A stretch of DNA of 64,000 nt, from positions 46,502,001 to 46,566,000 of the forward strand of contig NC_045696.1 in the NCBI RefSeq assembly GCF_009834535.1. Direction: 5' to 3'. Numbering within the stretch: the first letter of the stretch is position 1; each line of letters begins with the position of its first letter. The translations under genes and the position numbers were made by a program. Positions 26,397 through 37,130 of this stretch are shown piece by piece. The DNA is from Camelus ferus. Taxonomy: Eukaryota. The notes under the pieces were generated by a model, which worked only from the letters and a program-made list of their open reading frames with translations, ran no database searches and was not told the origin of the DNA.

Positions 26397-29302
26397 GTAA
26401 GCAGTCCCTCATCCCTCTCCACTCTGCTCATGCTGGGGGTTGAGAACACAGACATTTGTGTTCTGTTCACACTGTTAGCTCTGCAGCTTCACTGTTTACA
26501 GCTCATGAACAAACTCTGCTTTTAATTGTTTTCATTAAGATCTGTACGTGCATTATGTTATGCCTTGAGGGTAATAGAGTGGTGTAAATAAGTCCAAGAA
26601 GGCACAGACACAAGTCAGGTGCAGATTTGGAAGTTCCATAAGCATAAGAGTAGGACATGCAACGTACAGATAATTAGCATTTGCCATGACTGTGTCACGG
26701 GGTCTGGAGGATGGATCCTATGATTCATTTATTCTATTCATAACATTCCCTGCTTTTGCAATATTCTCATTTAGATGTGCTAGTGAAAAGGCGAGAGTTT
26801 AAAAAAAACATGAAATTTTTGGTCTCTCCTGTACCTGAATAAATCCAAACTCCTGTTTTTCAAAATCAAGAAATATGGCATTCCAAGATTTATTTTTTTA
26901 AATGGAAAGTGAAAAGGACCAAAGCCCTCATGACCTTAGTTTCGTCTTTATTCCTTTGTATAGTTATTGGGCTGCTTTTGCTAAATATTTTCAGGTACAG
27001 TTTTGACGGACAGGAAGGCGCAGTTAACCATGCATAGTTTGCATTTGTGGAATTCTTGTGTTTTCCAGACGCATTGAACAGAGGCCAGATGAATTAACCT
27101 GCAGGTCACATTATTTTACCACACTCAGGTCCTTGAGATGGAAATTTTTTAACCCTAATCAGAGTTGCTATTTAGGATATAATAGCAATTTTATTGCAGA
27201 TATATATATTTCTTTTCATTTTTTTAAGCTGTAAATATGTCATCTGGATACAACTGAAGTCTATCCAAAAGTGGCTTTAGAAGATACTATATAAGATATT
27301 TACATCACAAAAGGCTTTTATTATTTATAGTTTAGATTGGGGATCCATAGTAGTTGGCCAGATGCTCAATTTATCTTTTTTATTCTGTTTAATTTGGTGT
27401 AGCAATAAATGTGTAAATTTGGTAGACTGGTAGTTACTTACATTGTACTAATCTTTAGCTGACAAAAGTAAACTTATCACTTTGTATCTTTGCTTATTCA
27501 TCATTCAGTGCGTTTGTACTTCCTCACACAGCAGCATTCTGGGCATCATTTTACTTCCCAACGCATGGCTGCTACCTAGCAGCAGTCAGGCTAACCCTCA
27601 CTAAGGTGTAGCATATCCCAAACATGCTTCCGAAGGTGAATGCGGAGGTAATAATGCCCATTTGACCTCTCAACACAGTCTGACTCAGATTTCCAAGATT
27701 GCGCTGTATTGTGAAAGTCAACATCTTTTCTAATAGATTAGAAAATAATGATGTTTTCTTCCCAACATCTATTAGTATTCCTTTTAACTTTCAGGAATGA
27801 ATGCAAACAAATTCACATCTATAGAGCTTACAGGTAGACGAAAATGCTAGTCAAAGAAAAGAATTTTTTTCTTTGATTAAAGTTTGACTTTTGGGCTCTG
27901 AATTTTCAGTGAATAGCTCTTCCCCCCACTTTTAAGGATGGCAGGGTTTAAAACAAGCAGTTTCAACCATGTATTGGTCAACCTTTTATTTCTAATGAAG
28001 GGGAACTGATTTGAAAATTCTCAAGCTAAAGAAACAAAGTTAAATGACTTAAAAAAGGGAGCCATGCAGGATAAGAAAAGGATGCTAAGGTTCCTTCCTA
28101 AGTATAAGAGTTCCTTTACACTAAGAAAGAAGTTGCCAGCACTTCTGTCTTTAAGAACCACATCTAGGAATACAAGTCTTTCTTCATAATCCCTATCTTC
28201 TCATCTCAGATATATTTAGGTCGTTATTGAAATTAAGCTTGAGATACTGAAGCAATAAAGCAGCAAAATTTGAATAAAATAATGCTGTCTCTAAATATAA
28301 TTAGTTTGAGAGTTTATGTCATAGATATGAGTAGATTTCATTTAGCACCTAATTTCTATGCAAAGTCTTATTCCAGATATGTAGACATGGTCATAGAACT
28401 TTAAGGGCTTATGTACATTGGCTGATGATGAACATAAGACAAATACAGTGAATACATAGAGTTTTTAAAGAAAATTGTAAGGAGAATGAGATAAGGGGAG
28501 AAATACAGAAATTTCATATTTTCAACATTTGGAATAATTACTGTGAAGTCTGTTTATACTGTTAGGTAGGACCAGTCAAATAAAGTGACATTTTACAAAA
28601 ATTCTATCACAAAGAAGGTCTAATCATAATGGCTTTTTCAAATGCCACAAGACAATTCTTATTCTGAAATATTATATTTAAAGAGAGGAGATTTTCCTTT
28701 GTTTATTATCCTGAAACCTTAATCACATAGAAAAAGTCCTCAAAAGTCTGTTTTTTAATATGGCAAATTTAATATAGGTTATAGTTATATTTTAAAGAAC
28801 AATTCTAGAAGGTAAAGAGGCTTGCTGTTACTGGAATAATAAAAATCCAGATTAAAAGTTTCTTTGGTCTGTATGATTTCCTAGGTCTACCTGATATGTT
28901 CTTAGAGTTTTTAAAGAGAAATTCTCAGGTTCTTGAGAGAGCAGTGACTAAATAAGAAGAAGCAAGATGTTTGAGTTTTCTCTTTTTCCTCAGTCTTCTG
29001 ATTAACTCGAATCTGCCACAATAGAATTTTGGCGTTACTAGGTCAGCGCTTTTATAGCTACTGTTACTAAGCCATGCTTGGTTCTGTAATTTCAATTGTG
29101 GTAACTTTGTGTCTCTGATAAATAAAAGGGGTGAAATTGCATTTACAGTTTGTTTGGTTCTTTTCTTCTTCACATTAATGATCAGCCCTGTATTTTCTTT
29201 ATACCCAGAGTACATAGAAATGCATTATATATTTGGGATAAATTTTTAAAAGCAATGTTTGTCATTAATGAGTTTATTGATTAAAGAAGCAAAATAGATG
29301 TA

Positions 29303-31983
29303 TAGGCATACTTCGTTTTATTGCACTTTGCGGATATTGCGTTTTTTACAAATTGAAGGTTTGTGGCAACCCTGCATTGAGCAAGACTGCGGTGCCATTT
29401 TTCCAACTGTGTTTACTCACTTTGTGTTTATGTCACATTTTGTTAATTCTTGCAATATTTCAAACTTTTCATTATTACTGTATTTGTTATGGCAATCTGT
29501 GATCACTGGTCTCTGACATTACTGTTGTAATTTTTGCGGGGTTGGGGGTGGTGGAGTGCAGTGCTATGAATCACACCCGTATAAGATAGCAAACTTAATT
29601 GATAAGTTTGTGTTCTAACTGCTCCACCAACCAGCAGTTCCCCCATTCCTCCTCCTCTCCTTGGCCTCCCTATCTCCTGAGACACAACAGCATTGAAACT
29701 AGGTCAATTAGTAACCCTACACTGGTATCTAAGTGTTCAAGTAAAAGGAAGAGTCACATGTCTCTCAACTTTAAATCAAAAACTAGGAATGATTAAGCTT
29801 AGTGAGGAAGGCATGTTGAAAGTAGATATAGGCTGAAAGCTAGGCTTCTTGTGCCAGATAGCCAAGTTGTGAATGCAAAGGAAGAATTCTTGGAGGAAAT
29901 TAAAAGTGCTATTGCAGTGAACACATGAATGATGAGAAAGTGAAAGTCATATTGCTGATATGGAGAAATTTTTAGTTGTCTGGATAGAAGATCAAACCAG
30001 ATATAACATTTCCTTAAGCCAAAGCCTAATCCAGAGCAAGTTTTTGGTTTTGTTTTTTTCTGGAATGTCTAGTAATTTTTGTTTAATTTTGCAAGCCTGA
30101 GGTAAAAAACATAGGCAATAAACTTTACTAGTCAGTAAAAAGCAATTCGAATCCACTGGTAGTACACTAAGCAGAGTTGGAAAGCATTTTACTGAAAGCA
30201 AAACATTTAGGGAAAGTAGACATTTATACAAAACTATAAAATGCCTGTAATAAGAATAAATGCATTTCAAGGAAAGCACAAACTTAATTTATAAAACCAG
30301 TTAAAGGCTTAAAATGTAAGTGGAAATTGAAATATGCAAAAACTGCCTTAATTCTATTAAGGATAAGAGAGGTGAGGAAGCTGCAGAAGAAAAGTTTGAA
30401 ACCAGCAGAGATTGTTTCACAACATTTAAGGAAGGAAGCTGTCTCCATAACATTGAAGTGCATGGTGAAGCAGCAAGTGTTGATGTAGAAGCCACAGCAA
30501 GTTATCCAGAAGATCTAGCCGAGATCATCCATGAAGGTGGCAACACTAAACAACAGATCTTCAGTGAAGATGAAACAGGCTTATATTGGAAGAAGAGGTC
30601 ATCTAGGACTTTCATAGCTAAAGAGGAGAAGTCAGTGCCTGACTTCCAGGCTTCAAAGGACAGGATGACTCTCTTGTTAGGTGTTAGGGGCTGATGCAGC
30701 TGATGACTTAAGTTGAAACCAATGCTCATTTACCACTCTGAAAATCCGAGGGCTGGCCCGCAAGTAAGAGTAATGCAAAATCAACTCTGCCCGTGCTGTG
30801 TAAGTGGACCAACAAAGCCTGGAGGACAGCCCATCTGTTTACAGCATAGTTTACTGAATATTTTAAATCCATTGTTGAGACTTACTGCTGAAAAGAAGAT
30901 TCATTTTGAAATATTACTGCTCAAATATTTTAGAGAAAATGTTTTCATGCTTGCTAACACAGCATCCATTCTGCAGCCCATGGATCAAGGAGTCATTTAG
31001 ACTTTCAAGTCTTAGTATTCAAGAAATATATTTTGTAAGGCTGTAGCTGCCATATATCATGATTCCTCAAATGGATCTGGGCAAAGTCAGTAGAAAACCT
31101 TCTGGAAAGGATTCACCTCCTAGATGCCATTGAGAATGTGCCATTGATCTCATGGAAAGACAGCAAAACATCAGTATTAACGAGTTAGTAAGAAGTTGAT
31201 TCCAACCCTTATGAATGTCAGTGAAAACTTCCATGGAGGAAGTAACTACAGATGTGGTAAAAATAGTAAGAGAACTTGAGATAGAAGTGGAGCCGGAAGA
31301 CTGGGACCAAATTTCTTCAATCCTGCGATAAAACTTTAATGGTTGAGGAGTTACTTCTTGAGGAGCAAAGAAGGTGGTTTCTTGAGATGGAATCTACTCC
31401 TGGTGAAGATGCTGTCAAGATTGTTGGAATGACAAGAGAGGATTTAGAATATGACATAAATGTAGTTGATAAAGCAGCAGCAGGATTTGAGAGAGCTGAC
31501 TCCAGTTTTGAAAGGAGATCTGCTGTGGGTAAAGTGCTGTCAAACAACATTACAAGCTACAGAGAAATCCTTCCTGAAAGGTAGAGTCAATCAATAGCAG
31601 CAAACTTCATTGTTGTCTCATTTTAAGAAATTGCCAAAGCCTCCCCGACCTTTAGCAACCACCACCCTGATCAGTCAGGAGCCGTCAACATCAAGGCAAG
31701 ATGCTCACCCTCCATCAGCAGAAAGATTATGACTCACTGAAAGCTCAGATAATGGTTAGCATTTTTTAGCAACAAGGCATTTTTAAGTTAAGGCCAGTAC
31801 AGAGGTTTTTTTTAGGCATAATGTTATTGCACACTTAATAGGCTACAGTATAGTGTAATCGTAACTTTTATATGCTCTGGGAAACCAGAATAATTTGTGC
31901 GACTTGCTTTATTGTGCTTTATTGATATTTGCTTTATTGTGGTGGTCTGGAACTGAACTCCCAATATTGCCAAGGCATGCCTG
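29303..31983 (+). mobile_element. Near full-length Tigger1 DNA transposon with decayed pogo-like transposase, interrupted by a ~300-bp insertion
   Basis: Termini (t)aggcatacttcgttttattgc ... caatattgccaaggcatgcctg with TA TSDs (29301-29302, 31984-31985). Transposase remnants include SKCSSKRKSH, RGEEAAEEKFE...DETGLYWKK...SRTFIAKEEKSVPDFQASKDRMTLLLG, LQPMDQGVI and [19 protein letters not shown], with multiple stops and frameshifts. Confidence 0.95.
30041..30340 (-). pseudogene. Probable retroposed, 5'-truncated mRNA 3'UTR end inserted antisense into Tigger1 (source gene unidentified)
   Basis: Tigger1 breaks after ccagagcaag (30040) and resumes near 30341-30350. The insert is not Tigger-like and is U-rich on the minus strand, with ATTAAA (30082-30087) 22 nt upstream of a degenerate poly(A) (T-tract 30041-30059). 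Confidence 0.6.
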
Positions 31984-34329
31984 TATTGAGCAAGACAGTC
32001 ATAGGGGAGTGACCCCAGGCTCAAGGTGGCAGACTAAGCTTGTCTTTACTGAGATCTGGTGAAATGTAAGCACAGAAATCTCATTAGGAGATAGCCCCAT
32101 AATAGTGAAGGAAATGGAAAGGAGTGTTTACAATGAATATGAGATTTTAGCAAACTTACTTAAATCAGAAAGAAAAGGAGACCTTTTGATCAATAAAACA
32201 TGAAATAAGCTTAAGTAGGCTAGCCAGGGGGCTGCGGAGAGCCATCTGTTCAACAGTGTCCCGCAGGTTAAGTGAACATATACACTTCTTTTTTACTTAA
32301 AATGAATAGGAAAGAAAAAGAAGGAATAAAACTAATAATGTTCACATCAAACTCTGGGAAGAGCTAAAGAGAAGGCAGTTACATTAAGAGTTAAGCCCTT
32401 ATGTTTCCTATCAGTAGGTTATTATCTAAAGATAAAAATGCAATAAATAAAGTATAAGTATTTGATCTAGAATTTGTAGAAGTAATCTCTAAGACTATAG
32501 TGTTGTATTTTTAACTTTAATAAAAATGTAAAGCTAAATTAAATTTTAAAAATAAAGGCAGGAAGTGATAAAATTCAGAGATGAAAGGGGAGATTATTCA
32601 ACACATAATATATAGAATAGCTTGGGGAAATATTGGAAAGGGCAACATTTCAATATTGGTCCTAAGTGGCACCAGAAAGTCATCTTGGCTAGAACAGAAG
32701 GGATGGTTTGGGGAATAATAAAAAAAAAAAAATAAGGTAAGTTAGGCAGAGTAATCATAGCTGTTGAAAAGGTTTGAAGGTATCAGTATCTATTTGGTTG
32801 AACAAATGAATTGAAGGCAAGCTTTCAAATGTATTAGTGTATTAGACCTGGTTCTGTGGTTTCGGAATACCTAGTTTCTTTTGTTGGAATGAAGAGATAC
32901 GACAGTAAGATTATGATCAAGCTATGTTTTTCTTTGCCTTCCATCCTATCAAATGGAGCTAATAATAACACCCACTTGCCTTTAACTCCCAAGACATCTG
33001 TGAAGATTAATTAAACAAAACCTGTAAGGCATTTTTAACTAACTCTCCTGAAAAGCATTCTTGTATGTATCTAGTATTATTACCATAATTTATTCTAGGC
33101 ATTTTATACTTAACTTGAAAGCTTAAATTACATCAGGCTATTACTCCTACAGGCTGTAGTATGTTTTACCAGCAGTGTACTTACATGTGCACACCTGCAT
33201 GCACACACACACACACAGAGTTCCTGTCCATTGAAAATTTGTAGGAAATTATATTTGTAATTTACTTTATTGATAGATACTCAAGAAAGAGACAACTTTT
33301 TAACACCCAAGAGAAATCAATATAGGAAGTATGATTTGAGCAGAATAGCAGAGTTAGCATCAAAGTTAGTAGAGAAGATGCTAGCAGGTGATGGCCTGCC
33401 TCCAGTAAGGGACTGTAAAGGTCATGTGTAAGGACTGAGCATAGTAGGAACTGTGTGCCCTCTTCACACATTCAGTCATACGGCAAGTATTTACTGAATG
33501 TTTTCTGTGTGCCAGGCACATCAGGGAACAAACTGGCACAAGTTTCCAACCTCATGGAGCTGAACATGTTTTAAGATTCGGGTTTTTACAGATAGCAACC
33601 ATTCACGTGATACTCTTGGCTTCAAAGGAAGTCACGTTGATTTTCATTTGTTAATTACCATCTGCCCATTTAAAAACAAAATAGTTCATGTAGTCAGATT
33701 TCTAAAAGACTGAAATTTAAAAATAATAAATATGCTTTGTTTTATGTTTATAATATCGATCCCTCACCTCCTCTTAAAAGCCCTCCATGACTTCTTGAGC
33801 CAACTTTGATTCCCTCTCTTCCTAATGTCATCCTAATGTCTTCCTTACTGTTAGTACTATACGTTATAGCACTTGATTGTCTTTAGTTGGGTTCTTTACC
33901 TTAACTCCATAATGAAAGTTTTCTTTTTAAGTTTTTCTCACTGTATGCTATGTGTAAGTCTTGACTCATGGAGGAGACTAAGCAACTTGAGATTGGGAGC
34001 TGGGCTCCATTCTGGGCTCAGTTCTTAAGTGCATTATGTAAGAGGAACTCTTGGTCCCCCTAATAACCTAATGAGTTAAGTCTTATTTCCCTCATAAGTA
34101 AATATTAAACCATTAGATGAGGAAATGGAGGCAGAAAAGGGATAAACCACCTGTTCAAGACTGTGTAGCTAGGAAGTGACAGAACTGGAAAGTGAACCCA
34201 AGGGGACTAGCTCAGTCCTTGTGTAGCCCACAGGGGCTTTTGTGATTCAGACCCCGCCCACTTAACCCAACCGTGGGCCGCTTCTCGGGTGGCGTCCTGT
34301 GCTGCACACTTAGGCAGGCATGTCATGAG

Positions 34330-34535
34330 TACTTCCTGGGGACCAGGCACTCTGCTCAGCACTTACACTAATAGTCTCATTTCACCCTTCCACAAGCCTT
34401 AGGTTGGTTTATTATCATTATCCCCCTTTCATAAATGAGGAAACTAGGCTAGAGAGGTTAAATAGCCTCTCTAATTAGGTCATAGAGCAAGAAAGTCGTT
34501 ACCCTGGGATTAAAGCCCATGTATTTTCCATTAAG
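34330..34535 (-). mobile_element. MIR SINE (approximate bounds); another MIR core lies at ~34110-34220
   Basis: accaggcactctgctcagcacttacac...ataaatgaggaaactaggctagagaggttaaat. Confidence 0.7.
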
Positions 34536-34581
34536 TAGTGAACTAGGAGAAATCTGAGGTGGAGAAAAGGTGGTAATTTGT

Positions 34582-35539
34582 TGAATGACTGTCCGTATTT
34601 TAAACACTTTGAGTTTTACATTTAAAACAAGTACAGATTTAGATAGAACTGAAAGTTTTCACCTTTCATATAATTTCTGACACCAGTGAAGTGGGGAAAA
34701 TAATTTTACTACCTGTTGGTACATATGAACTAGTTTGACATGCGCTTATATTTGACTACTTGAGGATGTTTAAATCCCCTGAATTCCAGTCCTCCCCAGA
34801 CCCCCTAAATCTTAACCTTTCTCATCAAAGCTTTTAAGCCCCTTCTTATAGTTTTATAGCTTCAGCACTATATTTTAAATTTACATTAAATGGGCTCTTT
34901 GAGCTTTCTCTCTTTTGGGTAGAGACCTCTCCTTTTTACGTCTCAGCTCACTGCGCGCTTTGGCTAGAACTGCCCATCCAGCCCAGCCTCTTCCATCTCT
35001 CAGCGGTGGGGCTCAAAGCCCAAAGAACTGGGTCCTTCTACGCAGCCTGATTGACAAGCATCTATCCCCAGTGAATTCTCAGCCCTCATCACTCAAGCTG
35101 GTGATGAACGCAGATGAGCTCCTCAGCCTCCCAGAGATGATGGCAAGGGGTGGTGGGAAGGCGGGCAGCAAGTGATCAGGGATAGAAAGAGGAGGGCGGA
35201 GAACAAGAGGATAAATTAGAAGGTGGCACTTTTGCTGCTGTGTTGTTGTTGAGATTATATTTATGTACACGTTTGCAATCTGTCCTCACAGTGCCCTATG
35301 AAGAAGGGTAAGATTTGGAGGGTCTGGGGAGGCCTGGAATTCAGGATTTAAACATCCTCAAGTAGTCAGATATAAGCGCGTGTCAAACTAGTTCATATGT
35401 ACCAACAGGTAGTAAAATTATTTTCCCCACTTCACTGGTGTCAAAAATTATATAAAAGGTGAAAACTTTCAGTTCTATCTAAATCTGTATTTGTTTTAAA
35501 CGTAAAACTCCAAGTGTTTAAAATATGGACAGTCATTCA
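34582..35539. repeat. Long inverted repeat: arms 34582-34825 and 35298-35539, 472-bp spacer
   Basis: Manual alignment of the left arm to the reverse complement of the right arm gives 14 substitutions plus one 2-bp indel over 244 columns, including a 63-bp perfect run (tgacaccagtgaagtggggaaaa...ctagtttgaca). Confidence 0.97.
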
Positions 35540-36399
35540 GCTTGTTTCAGCTTGTTACTTGTTTCATCAAATGAGGAAACTGAGGCAGGAAGATGCTATA
35601 GTTTGTCTCACCTGCCATAATATAGCAGTTTGTAGAAGTGGCCTGGAGTGTGTCCTGGACCCCCATCCTAGTGCTCTGCCACGTGGCTTAGAATGGTAGG
35701 AAGGTTGACTGGCTCCCAGTGTGAAATCTAGACTCTGGCAGCCCTGGTGCCCTGAGAAGAATCAGGGACTTAACTCTTCCTTTCAGCCAGATGACTTGAC
35801 TTATATTCTAATTTTGGAGAGCGCTCAGCTCTGTGCAGTGCTGTTTGGTTGTGCTCCGCAGGGTAGCCCAGTTCTCTTCCCAGCTGTAGCCAGTCCTGAT
35901 GTCTGCCAGCCGAGTGCACGGCTTTAGTCCTCAGGTCCTCCTTAACCTCATTTAGGTTTAATTAAGAGTGGCTTCGTTTTAGTCCTTAAATAGGTTTTGA
36001 AGGACTAACTTGGATGTAATATACTTACATTGAATTCACCTGTGTTTAAGCTGAACATTTCAGAGCTTCATTTAACGTCTCATATTAAATGCAAATTGAA
36101 TGATCACTCAGGTCCTCTGTTACAGGATACCTGGCAAAAGCTGCCAATTGTAGGAAAGCTTGGGCCAGGCTGAACGAGGGTGAGAATCAGATCTCTGGGC
36201 CTTGGAGTCGCACATGATCTTTACACTTGAACTCTGAAGCAGAGTCCTCTTCTCCCAACCCCTCTCCTCCCATGGAAGACAACTTTCACCAGTGCCTAAA
36301 CATTCTTCCTTCTCTCAGATTCGCTCTTTCAGTGAAAGACTCTAACCTGCCTTAGAGACACTGGCACTGACTGACCCCTCTCCCTCAGCCCTGACATCC

Positions 36400-37130
36400 T
36401 TCCAGGCAACTACTGAGGCCTGCAAATGCCATCTATGATATAATTGGGGCCCCACATCTCAACTGGTTTATTTCCTTAACTTTCTAACTGGTCTTCTGCC
36501 TCCAGTCACTCCCCAACCAAGGTCATCCTGCGTGCCACTGACCGAATTATCTGACTGCACTTCTCTCATCATGGTGCTCCTCTGACTGAAAACCTTGGCT
36601 GGCTCCCCATTGCCTTCAGCCTAATTTTCAAACTTCTTAACATAGAATTCAAATTTCTCTCAGTCCAATTCATCTCCCACTACACTCCCAGGCATCTTGA
36701 TCTTCAGCCACACTGGGAAGTCACTGCTTCTCACATACAGGGCACTTCCTCCATACTTTCCTTCCTGCCCTTGCCACATCATTTCCACAATTCTGGTGGT
36801 CCTTCTAGGTTTGTCTCAGATGTTACTTATCTTACTTCTTCCACCTGCCCCCAGAAAGAATGAAGGCTGCTTCTCAGTCCTCCTATAGACCTTGTAATGT
36901 TCCACCAAGATACACGTATGTCCTTAATGTGTAACTATCCCCTGTGCTTGAATTGCAAGTAGCTTAAGGGCCAGACACATCCCCTTAGTCTCATTTTATT
37001 CCCCAGCAGATAATGCACACAAGTGGGATGTAAGCTTCTGGAAAGACAGCAGCAATCTTTCTGGCTGGCACATAATAGGGTTTATTGAATATTTGTTGAA
37101 GGAGTGAGTAATCAATAAATGTTTGAATTA
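36400..37130 (+). mobile_element. L2 3' fragment (approximate bounds)
   Basis: ttctaactggtcttctgcctccagtc...aaaaccttggctggctccccattgcc...ctggcacataataggg...tgaatatttgttgaaggagtgag. Confidence 0.7.

Noticed and set aside
30320..31584. Transposase-like ORFs as a functional or domesticated TIGD gene
   Set aside because: The frame is fragmented by stops, frameshifts and an insertion, so this is a decayed Tigger1.
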